Shown here in pieces: positions 23,960 to 31,550 of a stretch of DNA of 64,000 nucleotides (its first letter is position 1; the number at the start of each line of letters is the position of its first letter). The notes under the pieces were generated by a model. It saw only the letters and a list, made by a program, of their open reading frames with translations, was not told the origin of the DNA and ran no database searches. A program made the position numbers and the translations under genes. Source of the DNA: Thermoplasmata archaeon (GTDB lineage: Archaea > Thermoplasmatota > Thermoplasmata > Lutacidiplasmatales > UBA184); NCBI GenBank assembly GCA_021821785.1, contig JAKACD010000003.1, positions 8,462 through 72,461 on the forward strand, in the 5' to 3' direction.

Positions 23960-25123
23960 CTAGTGGATCTGCGCGAGGTCCGCGCTGACCGCTGCCTGCG
24001 TGGCGGCCGACCAGTGGTAGGTCGCGGCGTACTCCCCGACCGTACCCCCGAGGGACCGGACCAGGATCGCCATTGCCCACCACGCCGGTTCCTCTACCGC
24101 CTGCCACGGCGTTCCGTTCTCCCCCAGCACCGAGGTGTAGACCGCCTGCGTTCCGCCTTGGGCGCCGTTCGCCCACGGGGCCAGGGCGCTCGCCGCCAGG
24201 AGCGAGGAACCCCCGTGGACGAACTGCCCGTTGACGACCAGGAACGGGATCGCGCCGCCCGAATAGGCGTTGAAGTACGCCTTCTGGTAGCAGTTCGACG
24301 GGCTCGGGAAATGCTGCACGACGCCCGAGAGGTCTTCGGAGACCTGGAGGGAGAGGAGCGAGGAGGAGAACGGGAGCCCGGCGAGGATCACCTCCGGGAT
24401 CCCGCCCTCGGCCGAGTAGCCCATCGTGGGCACCGGAGCCGGGCTCGTGGGGTCGAAGGCAACGAGCGCTTTCCAGATCGCCCAACTGCTCGCCGAGCAG
24501 TACGGACACCAGCTGGCCCCGTAGTAGTAGACCACGGGTCGCCCTCCCTCCTGCCAGGGGGCGGCGCCGACCGACGTCCAGCCCGCCGGTTGGGAGGTCG
24601 CGCTCGCCGCGGACGGGAGGTAAGGGCAACCGAAGAAGAGGATCCCACCGAGGGCGATGAGCCCCGAGATGACGAGCCCGAGCACGACCCCGATGACCAC
24701 GGTGGCGCGGAACGCCGGCGACCACCGCGGACCCCCGGCCCGCCAGAGACCGAAGACGAGCAGGAACGCTGCGACGGCGAGGGCGAGCGCGAGGTACGGG
24801 ACCGCGGCGAGCACCAGCCCGATGGGCGAGGGGACCAGGAAGGCGAGCGTGAACCAGATCGCGAAGATCGGAGTCAGTAGGTATCCGATCCGCGAGAGGG
24901 TCCAGCGAGACTCCCGCGCTTCTCGCGCCCGCCGGGATACGGCGGGGGCCTCGGTCGGACGCCGTCGCGCCCGCGAGCGCTCCCGCTGGTACAGGCCCCG
25001 AAGCGCGAGCCCCGGGTCGTGGACCGAGGGGTCGGGATGGAAGCCGACCTTGGTATCGGCCGCGATGCGGTCCCAACCCCATCCGCGCGACCGGAGCTCC
25101 CGGACCCGGTCGAAGTCGACCAT
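23960..25123 (-). CDS. membrane-anchored DUF929 thioredoxin-like protein (paralogue 2)
   Basis: 387 aa, colinear with 22688..23887 (GASWCPYCSASSWAIWKAL, VVNGQFVHGGSSL, and the same N- and C-termini). Confidence 0.75.
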   Translation of the reverse strand: MVDFDRVRELRSRGWGWDRIAADTKVGFHPDPSVHDPGLALRGLYQRERSRARRRPTEAPAVSRRAREARESRWTLSRIGYLLTPIFAIWFTLAFLVPSPIGLVLAAVPYLALALAVAAFLLVFGLWRAGGPRWSPAFRATVVIGVVLGLVISGLIALGGILFFGCPYLPSAASATSQPAGWTSVGAAPWQEGGRPVVYYYGASWCPYCSASSWAIWKALVAFDPTSPAPVPTMGYSAEGGIPEVILAGLPFSSSLLSLQVSEDLSGVVQHFPSPSNCYQKAYFNAYSGGAIPFLVVNGQFVHGGSSLLAASALAPWANGAQGGTQAVYTSVLGENGTPWQAVEEPAWWAMAILVRSLGGTVGEYAATYHWSAATQAAVSADLAQIH

Positions 25124-25255
25124 CGCAGCCCTAGCGGGACCGGGCCCCTCTTCCTGTTTCAGTTCAGGGAAGTTGACCTCGCGGGACGTCCGGAGGCGGG
25201 ACGTCTGGGCCGGCCTCCCCTCCTCCTTTTAGACGGCGACGAGTGCCACCGGGCG

Positions 25256-26158
25256 ATGCGGCTCACCTTCCTCGGCACGGCGGGCTCCTGGCCCACGAAG
25301 GAGCGCTCGGCCAGCGCGATCGCGCTCGACCTGGAGCGGGAGCTCATCCTCATGGACTGCGGCGAGGGCACGCAGCGTCAGTTCTTCCAGTCGAACGTGT
25401 CGTTCATGCGGGTGCGCCGGATCTTCATCACCCACTTCCACGGGGACCATTTCCTCGGTCTCCCGGGGCTCATCCAGAGCATGAGCCTCAACCATCGGAC
25501 CGAGCCGCTCGACATCTACGGCCCCCCCGACGCCGAGGAGATGGTCGGTCGCGCCCTGCGCATGGGCTACTTCACGCTGCGGTACCCGGTCGCCGTGCAT
25601 CCCCTCTCTCCAGGGTCGACCGTCGAGCTCGAGGGATACTCGGTCCGGACCTGCCGGGCCGACCACCCGGTGCCCGCGCTCTCCTACCGGATCGAGGAGG
25701 CGACCAAGCGCGGTCGGTTCGACGGGGATCGGGCCCGGGCCCTCGGGATCCGGGGCCGGGACTTCGCCCGGCTCGCGGCGGGCCACGCCGTCCAAGTCGG
25801 CGGGACCACGGTCCACCCCGCGGACGTGATGGGCCCCCCCCGACCGGGCCGATCGGTCGTCTACTCGGGCGACACCGCCCCGTCCGACGAGGTCCGCTCG
25901 CTCGCCCACCGCGCGACCCTCCTGATCCACGAGGCCACGGCCGGCCAGGAGATCGAGAAGGAGGCGAACGAATGGGGCCACTCCTCGGCGCGCCAAGCCG
26001 CCGAGCTGGCCCGGGTCGCCGAGGTCAGCGGCCTCTTCCTCACCCACTTCTCCGCCCGGTACAAAGAGCTCGAGCCGATCCTCGGCGAGGCGCGGCTGGT
26101 CTATCCCGGCGCCGAGGTCGCGCGGGACCTCCTCGACCACCTGATCCGGCAGCCATGA
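25256..26158 (+). CDS. rnz: ribonuclease Z (tRNA 3' endonuclease)
   Basis: Internal ATG at 25256. MRLTFLGTAGSWPT...ITHFHGDHFLGLPGL is the metallo-beta-lactamase HxHxDH motif. 300 aa. A TATA-like CCTTTTAGAC lies ~25 nt upstream. Confidence 0.9.
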   Translation: MRLTFLGTAGSWPTKERSASAIALDLERELILMDCGEGTQRQFFQSNVSFMRVRRIFITHFHGDHFLGLPGLIQSMSLNHRTEPLDIYGPPDAEEMVGRALRMGYFTLRYPVAVHPLSPGSTVELEGYSVRTCRADHPVPALSYRIEEATKRGRFDGDRARALGIRGRDFARLAAGHAVQVGGTTVHPADVMGPPRPGRSVVYSGDTAPSDEVRSLAHRATLLIHEATAGQEIEKEANEWGHSSARQAAELARVAEVSGLFLTHFSARYKELEPILGEARLVYPGAEVARDLLDHLIRQP

Positions 26159-27408
26159 TCGACGCCGACCTCTTCGTCACCGACCTCGCGGAGGTCGTGA
26201 CGCTCGCTCCCGGCCCGATCCCCCGCGTCGGCCGGGCGATGGGCCGGCTCGGGCGTATTCACGCGGGTGCGGTGGCGGCCCTGCGCGGACGCATCGTCGC
26301 CGTGGGCCCGGAGCGGTCGCTACGGCGCCTCGTCCGACTGCGGCCGGAGGGCCGCCGGGTCGACGGCCGCAACGGCACCCTCGTCCCGGGTTTCGTGGAC
26401 GCCCACTCCCACGTCCTCTTCGCCGGCGACCGCGCGTTCGAGCTGCCGCTCAAGGTCGGGGGTGCCTCCTACGCGGAGATCGCCCGGGCCGGGGGCGGCC
26501 TGTACTCGACCGTGCGGGCGACCCGGCGCGCCTCCGACGCGAAGCTCCTCGCCGAGACGGCGGCGCGGCTCGAGCGGATGGGCCGGGCCGGCGCCACGAC
26601 GGTCGAGGTGAAGAGCGGCTATGCGCTCGATCATGCGGGGGAGCTCCGTCTCCTTAGGCTCATTCCCCGTCTCGCGCGGCGGACGGGGCTGCGGCTAGTG
26701 CCGACCTACCTCGGCGCCCACGCGGTCGCCCCCGAGTACCGGGCGCGCCCCGACGCCTACGTCGACCAGATCGTGGAGCGGACGCTCCCCGTGGTGGCGC
26801 GGGAGCGGCTCGCGCGCTTCTGCGACGTGTTCTGCGAGCCGGGATTCTTCACCGTCCCCCAGTCCGAGCGGATCCTGCGCGCCGCGCTCGCCCTCGGCCT
26901 TGAGATCAAGGTGCACGCGGAGGAGTTCGTCCTCTCGGGCGGGGCGCGGCTCGCCGCGCGGCTCGGAGCGCGGTCGGCCGACCACCTCCTTCGGGCGACC
27001 GCCGCCGATCGCGCCCGCCTCGCCTCCGCGGGGGTGACCGCCGTCCTGTTGCCGCTCACCGCGTTCGCGAGCTCGCCCGAGCGGACGAGCCCGGGCCGCG
27101 CGCTCGTCGACGCCGGGGTCCCGGTCGCCCTCGGCACCGACTGCTCTCCGAACTCGTGGGTCGAGTCGATGCCGCTCGTCCTCGCGCACGCCGTCCACGG
27201 CGGCCACCTCACGCCGGCGGAGGCGCTCACGGCGGCGACGGTGAACGCCGCCCACGCGGTGGGCGTCGAGGGGGCCGGCCGCATCGCGCCGGGGTGCGCG
27301 GCCGATTTCGCGCTCTTCGACCTCCCGTCGGTCGACCAGCTCGGCTACCGGTTCGACGCGATTCCGGCGCTCGTTTTCCGTCAGGGAAAACCGGATTTTC
27401 CGCCGTAA
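26155..27408 (+). CDS. hutI: imidazolonepropionase (HutI)-like amidohydrolase
   Basis: ATG at 26155 forms an ATGA overlap with the rnz stop. Motifs are GFVDAHSHVLFAGDR, KSGYALD, YLGAHAVAPEY, DVFCE, KVHAEE, SADHL and LGTDCSPN. Confidence 0.8.
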   Translation: MIDADLFVTDLAEVVTLAPGPIPRVGRAMGRLGRIHAGAVAALRGRIVAVGPERSLRRLVRLRPEGRRVDGRNGTLVPGFVDAHSHVLFAGDRAFELPLKVGGASYAEIARAGGGLYSTVRATRRASDAKLLAETAARLERMGRAGATTVEVKSGYALDHAGELRLLRLIPRLARRTGLRLVPTYLGAHAVAPEYRARPDAYVDQIVERTLPVVARERLARFCDVFCEPGFFTVPQSERILRAALALGLEIKVHAEEFVLSGGARLAARLGARSADHLLRATAADRARLASAGVTAVLLPLTAFASSPERTSPGRALVDAGVPVALGTDCSPNSWVESMPLVLAHAVHGGHLTPAEALTAATVNAAHAVGVEGAGRIAPGCAADFALFDLPSVDQLGYRFDAIPALVFRQGKPDFPP

Positions 27409-27465
27409 CTCCGTCAGTACATTCAAATAGGAGGGCCTTTCTTCTCGCCGGTCGAGGTCGCCAAC

Positions 27466-27681
27466 ATGGCGGAGCGCGTAGGCAAGGAACAGATCAAGCG
27501 AGAGAAGGGCTACCTGTACTATCTCGGCAAGGACGGGTACCTGTGGAAGACCCCGACGAAGCTGAACAAGTCGGGCAAGAAGTCGCGTGTCGGAACGGAG
27601 AAGATCACCCGCCAGGACGGCTACATGTACTTCCTGGACAAGAAGGGCTTCGTTTCGCGCGCCAAGATGAAGAACGCCTGA
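27466..27681 (+). CDS. small basic protein with an internal duplicated G-Y-[LM]-Y-[YF]-L-[GD]-K-[DK]-G-[YF] motif
   Basis: 71 aa and Lys-rich. The two repeat units are EKGYLYYLGKDGYLW and QDGYMYFLDKKGFVS. The locus is locally lower in GC and has a TATA-like TTCAAATAGG ~37 nt upstream. Confidence 0.65.
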   Translation: MAERVGKEQIKREKGYLYYLGKDGYLWKTPTKLNKSGKKSRVGTEKITRQDGYMYFLDKKGFVSRAKMKNA

Positions 27682-27690
27682 ACGGCTCGC

Positions 27691-28368
27691 CTACTCTTTC
27701 AGGGGATTCCGCAAGGGTCCCCTTTCCCTACGCCATTTTTTTGGACCCCGCTCGACCGAACGGATTATCCTCCGAGAGCCGTTCGGACCGTCGATGGTCT
27801 GCCGCAACGACCCGGACGACCCGAGGAAGTGCGAGCGGTGCGGCGCCTTCCTCTGGGTGGCGGACGAGGGCTGGTACTGCGGGGACTGCGGCGCGCTGAT
27901 GCCCTGCACGATGCAGGTCAGGCCTCCGCCGCCGGCCCATCCTAGCGGGAAGGTCGTCGCCTTCGGCGGAGCCGGGGCGGCCCCGTAACGACGCCAGAGC
28001 ACGACGAAGAGCCCGTAGACCCCATCGATCCCGAGCCCGATCGGGAGCCCGATCTGCGCGATCAGCCCCAGGACCGCGATCGGCGGCGTCGCTCCGAGGG
28101 CGAGAAGGACGAGCGGCGCGGTGACGAGCGGATACACGCCCGTGGAGCCCGAGAGGTACTCCGGAATCGCCGGCGTGAGTGCGACCAGGCACAGCACCGG
28201 GTGCTGTCGGAAGAACGCGACGACCCGCGCCCCGACTACCGGAGGAGGCCCGCCGTCGACGTCCGTCACGGAGTGGGCGATCGACGATTCGAGCACATAG
28301 ATTCGGGGCGCGAGCGGAATCTGTTCTCGGCGGACGCTCGGGGCCGGTCCGTGCGCCGACGCACCCAC
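27691..28368 (-). CDS. possible membrane protein (three TM); C-terminal ~90 aa probably not genuine
   Basis: The central part VVAFFRQHPVLCLVALTPAIPEYLSGSTGVYPLVTAPLVLLALGATPPIAVLGLIAQIGLPIGLGIDGVYGLFVVLW looks like a real TM protein. The tail is antisense to the zinc-ribbon ORF and looks like noise. Confidence 0.35.
   Translation of the reverse strand: MGASAHGPAPSVRREQIPLAPRIYVLESSIAHSVTDVDGGPPPVVGARVVAFFRQHPVLCLVALTPAIPEYLSGSTGVYPLVTAPLVLLALGATPPIAVLGLIAQIGLPIGLGIDGVYGLFVVLWRRYGAAPAPPKATTFPLGWAGGGGLTCIVQGISAPQSPQYQPSSATQRKAPHRSHFLGSSGSLRQTIDGPNGSRRIIRSVERGPKKWRRERGPLRNPLKE
27736..27742 (+). terminator. oligo-T (T7) tract, candidate archaeal terminator
   Basis: A run of seven T residues 55 nt after the stop of the 27466..27681 gene. 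Such runs look very rare in this GC-rich window. Confidence 0.4.
27794..27988 (+). CDS. small zinc-ribbon protein
   Basis: MVCRNDPDDPRKCERCGAFLWVADEGWYCGDCG has a CxxC...CxxC pattern. A TATA-like GATTATCC lies ~25 nt upstream of the ATG. It shares wobble positions with the antisense ORF 27691..28368, so GC3 cannot discriminate between them. Confidence 0.45.
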   Translation: MVCRNDPDDPRKCERCGAFLWVADEGWYCGDCGALMPCTMQVRPPPPAHPSGKVVAFGGAGAAP

Positions 28369-28703
28369 ACGGAATCTCTCCTGCCGCGCGCGCGCGACTC
28401 CGTGGACCCGCGCGCAACCGAACTTACCAAGACACGCGTTGAGCGCTTCGGACGACGCGGTCGACGCGAAATCCGCGCGCCGTCGAACCTAGCAACCTTA
28501 TACTCAATCGTGGTTGGGCGCACCCGGAGGGTTTTCACGGTGTCCCGAGCGACACCATCCGCGTCGTCGACCCACTCCGACCGGGGGGAAACGCCCCTGC
28601 CCCAAGGGTGTTTCACCGACCGGCCGCGGGTGGAATAGGCGCTCGCGTCGTGGTACGGTCGGCTCGACGGATTCTCCGCGAGCTCTCCAAGGAGTGAGCC
28701 CGA

Positions 28704-31493
28704 ATGGCCGTTGCCAAGAAGCGTGCGATGCCCGTCGCGGACGAGTCGGCTAGCCGACCCGCCCGGCTCGGGCGCGAACCGATTCCCGTCCCCCGCCTGG
28801 TTCCCCGCGGCAAGACCGCGTTCGACACGGTCGAGTGGCGGAGCCACGATGCCGTCATCAAGAACGCGGAGGGGAAAGTGATCTTCGAGCAGAAGGGGAT
28901 CCGCGCCCCCACCACCTGGTCGGAGACCAGCGTCAACATCGCGGCGTCGAAGTACTTCCGCATCATCCAGGGCCGACGCGAGAGCTCGATCGACGGGATG
29001 ATCCGCCGCGTCTGCCACTGGATGGCCCACCAGGGCCTCGCGCTCGGCTACCTCGACACGCCCGAGGAGGCGACCACCTTCGAGGAGAGCCTCTCGTACC
29101 TCATGGTCCAGCAGATGGCGGCGTTCAACAGCCCCGTCTGGTTCAACGTCGGGGTCCGAGAACCGCCGCAGTGCTCCGCCTGCTTCATCCAGTCGGTCGC
29201 GGACGACATGGACTCGATCCTCAACCTCGCGACCAGCGAGGGCCGCCTGTTCAAGGGCGGGAGCGGCACGGGAACCAACCTCTCCTCGCTGCGCGGCAGC
29301 CACGAGAAGCTCGCGGGCGGCGGGATCGCCTCGGGACCGGTGTCGTTCATGCGGGCGTTCGACGCGCTCGCCGGCGTGATCAAGTCCGGCGGCACGACCC
29401 GGCGCGCCGCGAAGATGGTGATCCTGAACATGGACCACCCGGACGTGGTCGATTTCATCGACTGCAAGGTCCGCGAGGAGGACAAGGCGCTCGCCCTCAT
29501 CCGCGAGGGCTACTCCGCGAACTTCGACGGCACCGATCCCGACAGCGCCTACGCCTCGATCGCCTACCAGAACGCGAACCACTCGGTCCGCATCCCCGAC
29601 GCCTTCATGGACGCGGTCGTGCGCGACGGCGAGTGGAAGACGTACAACCGGACCGACCACGCGGTCGCCGGCACGTTCCGCGCCCGAGAGCTCTGGCGCA
29701 AGCTCGCCTACGCGGCGTGGCGCTGCGGGGACCCGGGGGTCCAGTACGACGATATCACGAACGACTGGCACACCTCTCCCAACACCGCCCGCATCAACGC
29801 CTCCAACCCGTGCAGCGAGTATCTCTTCCTGGACGATTCGGCGTGCAACCTCGCGTCGATCAACCTGATGCGGTTCCTGGACGCGAAGGGCCAGCTCGAC
29901 GTCGAGTTCTTCCGCCAGGCGGTGCGCACGATGATCCTCGCGATGGAGATCATCGTCGATGCCTCGAGCTATCCCACCGCCACCATCGCCCAGAACTCGC
30001 ACGACTACCGGCCGCTCGGGCTCGGGTACGCGAACCTCGGGGCGCTGCTGATGCACTACGGCCTCGCCTACGACTCGGACGCCGGCCGCACGCTCGCCGG
30101 GGGCATCTCGGCGCTCCTCTCCGCCGAGGGCTACCACATGTCCTCGGAGATTGCGAAGCGGATGGGCCCGTTCGCGGGGTTCGAGAAGAACCGGGCGCCG
30201 ATGCTCCGGGTGATGGGCAAGCATGCTCGGGCCGCGGAACAGATCGCGCTCAACGACCCGCGCCTGAAGGCGCTCGTCCAGGCCTCGGTCGACCGCTGGC
30301 ACGACACCGTGAAGGCCGGGGAGCTCTGGGGATACCGCAACGCCCAGATCTCGGTCATCGCGCCCACCGGGACGATCGGACTGTTGATGGGCTGCGACAC
30401 GCTCGGTCTCGAGCCCGAGCTCTCGCTCGTCAAGGTGAAGAACCTGGTCGGCGGCGGCGTCCTGCGGATGCTGAACCGGACGGTGCCGGACGGCCTCACC
30501 GCGCTCGGCTACTCGCCCGCGGAGATCCGGGCGATCACCGAGCACGTGGAGAAGACCGGCACGATCGAGGGCGCCCCCGGGCTCGACCCGGAGGACCTCA
30601 CGGTCTTCGACTGCGCGCTCGCGCCCGCGGGCGGAACCCGGACGATCCCGCCCATGGGCCACCTCAAAATGCTCGGCGCCGTCCAGCCGTTCCTGTCCGG
30701 CGGGGCGTCGAAGACGATCAACCTCCCCAACGAAGCGACCGTCGAGGACGTCGAGAAGATCTACCTCGAGGCCTGGCGGCTCGGGATCAAGTCGGTCGCG
30801 CTCTACCGCGACGGCTGCAAGGCCTCCCAGCCGTTCGAGACGGGAAAGGGGCGGGCCGGCGCGCCGGTCGGACCCCGCGGCCCCGCGCGAGAGCGCCTTC
30901 CCGACGAGCGGAAGGCGATCACGCACCACTTCTCGGTCGGCGGCCACGACGGCTACGTGACCGTCGGGCTCTATCCGGACGGCCGACCGGGCGAGGTGTT
31001 CTTCCGCGTCACGAAGGAAGGGTCGACCGTCAACGGTCTCATGGACTCGCTCGGGATCTCGATGTCGATGGCGCTCCAGCACGGGGTGCCCCTCAAGGAC
31101 CTCGTGCGGAAGCTCGCCCACCTCCGGTTCGAGCCGGCGGGCGCCACGAACAACCCGAAGATCCGCTTCGCGAAGTCAATCCCGGACTACGTCGCCCGCT
31201 GGCTCGCGATCGAGTTCCTGACCGAGGACGACCGACGCGCAATCGGGCTCGAGGGCCCGGCCGAGGGGAACGGCCACGGCGCGGCGCCGGCGGCCGCGCC
31301 GAAGCCGAGCCCCGCCGCGAGCCAGACCGTGAAGTTCGAGACCCGTCCGCTCGACGCGTTCGCGCCCGAGACGGCCGCCGGCGGAGCGACGAGCGAGGAC
31401 GCCCCCTCCTGCGCGGTGTGCGGCGGGATCATGATGCGCTCGGGCACGTGCTACGCGTGCACCGTCTGCGGCTCCACGAGCGGCTGCTCCTAA
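28704..31493 (+). CDS. nrdJ: adenosylcobalamin-dependent ribonucleotide reductase (class II)
   Basis: 929 aa. Typical class II RNR sequence (NPCSEY, SACNLASINL, GLGYANLG) with a C-terminal Cys cluster CAVCGG...CYACTVCGSTSGCS. The SD-like AAGGAGTG lies 8 nt upstream. Confidence 0.95.
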   Translation: MAVAKKRAMPVADESASRPARLGREPIPVPRLVPRGKTAFDTVEWRSHDAVIKNAEGKVIFEQKGIRAPTTWSETSVNIAASKYFRIIQGRRESSIDGMIRRVCHWMAHQGLALGYLDTPEEATTFEESLSYLMVQQMAAFNSPVWFNVGVREPPQCSACFIQSVADDMDSILNLATSEGRLFKGGSGTGTNLSSLRGSHEKLAGGGIASGPVSFMRAFDALAGVIKSGGTTRRAAKMVILNMDHPDVVDFIDCKVREEDKALALIREGYSANFDGTDPDSAYASIAYQNANHSVRIPDAFMDAVVRDGEWKTYNRTDHAVAGTFRARELWRKLAYAAWRCGDPGVQYDDITNDWHTSPNTARINASNPCSEYLFLDDSACNLASINLMRFLDAKGQLDVEFFRQAVRTMILAMEIIVDASSYPTATIAQNSHDYRPLGLGYANLGALLMHYGLAYDSDAGRTLAGGISALLSAEGYHMSSEIAKRMGPFAGFEKNRAPMLRVMGKHARAAEQIALNDPRLKALVQASVDRWHDTVKAGELWGYRNAQISVIAPTGTIGLLMGCDTLGLEPELSLVKVKNLVGGGVLRMLNRTVPDGLTALGYSPAEIRAITEHVEKTGTIEGAPGLDPEDLTVFDCALAPAGGTRTIPPMGHLKMLGAVQPFLSGGASKTINLPNEATVEDVEKIYLEAWRLGIKSVALYRDGCKASQPFETGKGRAGAPVGPRGPARERLPDERKAITHHFSVGGHDGYVTVGLYPDGRPGEVFFRVTKEGSTVNGLMDSLGISMSMALQHGVPLKDLVRKLAHLRFEPAGATNNPKIRFAKSIPDYVARWLAIEFLTEDDRRAIGLEGPAEGNGHGAAPAAAPKPSPAASQTVKFETRPLDAFAPETAAGGATSEDAPSCAVCGGIMMRSGTCYACTVCGSTSGCS

Positions 31494-31550
31494 GGTCGAC
31501 CGCGCGGCCGTCCCGCCGTCGAGCTCGCCCCGCGGGCGAACGCCGCCCGC

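Noticed and set aside
22026-25082. 1018-aa minus-strand ORF spanning the atpK, VKOR and DUF929 region
   Set aside because: It is an out-of-frame overlay on three well-supported genes on the same strand. The translation is Arg/Gly/Pro-rich junk without TM segments or motifs.
28441-28703. Possible cobalamin riboswitch upstream of the B12-dependent RNR
   Set aside because: I could not find a B12 box (GCCACUG-like) or the conserved GGUG/GGGAA core arrangement. The region is kept only as an unclassified structured leader.
28266-31121. 951-aa minus-strand ORF, and the 960-aa alternative plus frame at 28835..31717
   Set aside because: These are antisense and out-of-frame shadows of nrdJ, whose frame (28704..31493) carries unmistakable class II RNR motifs.
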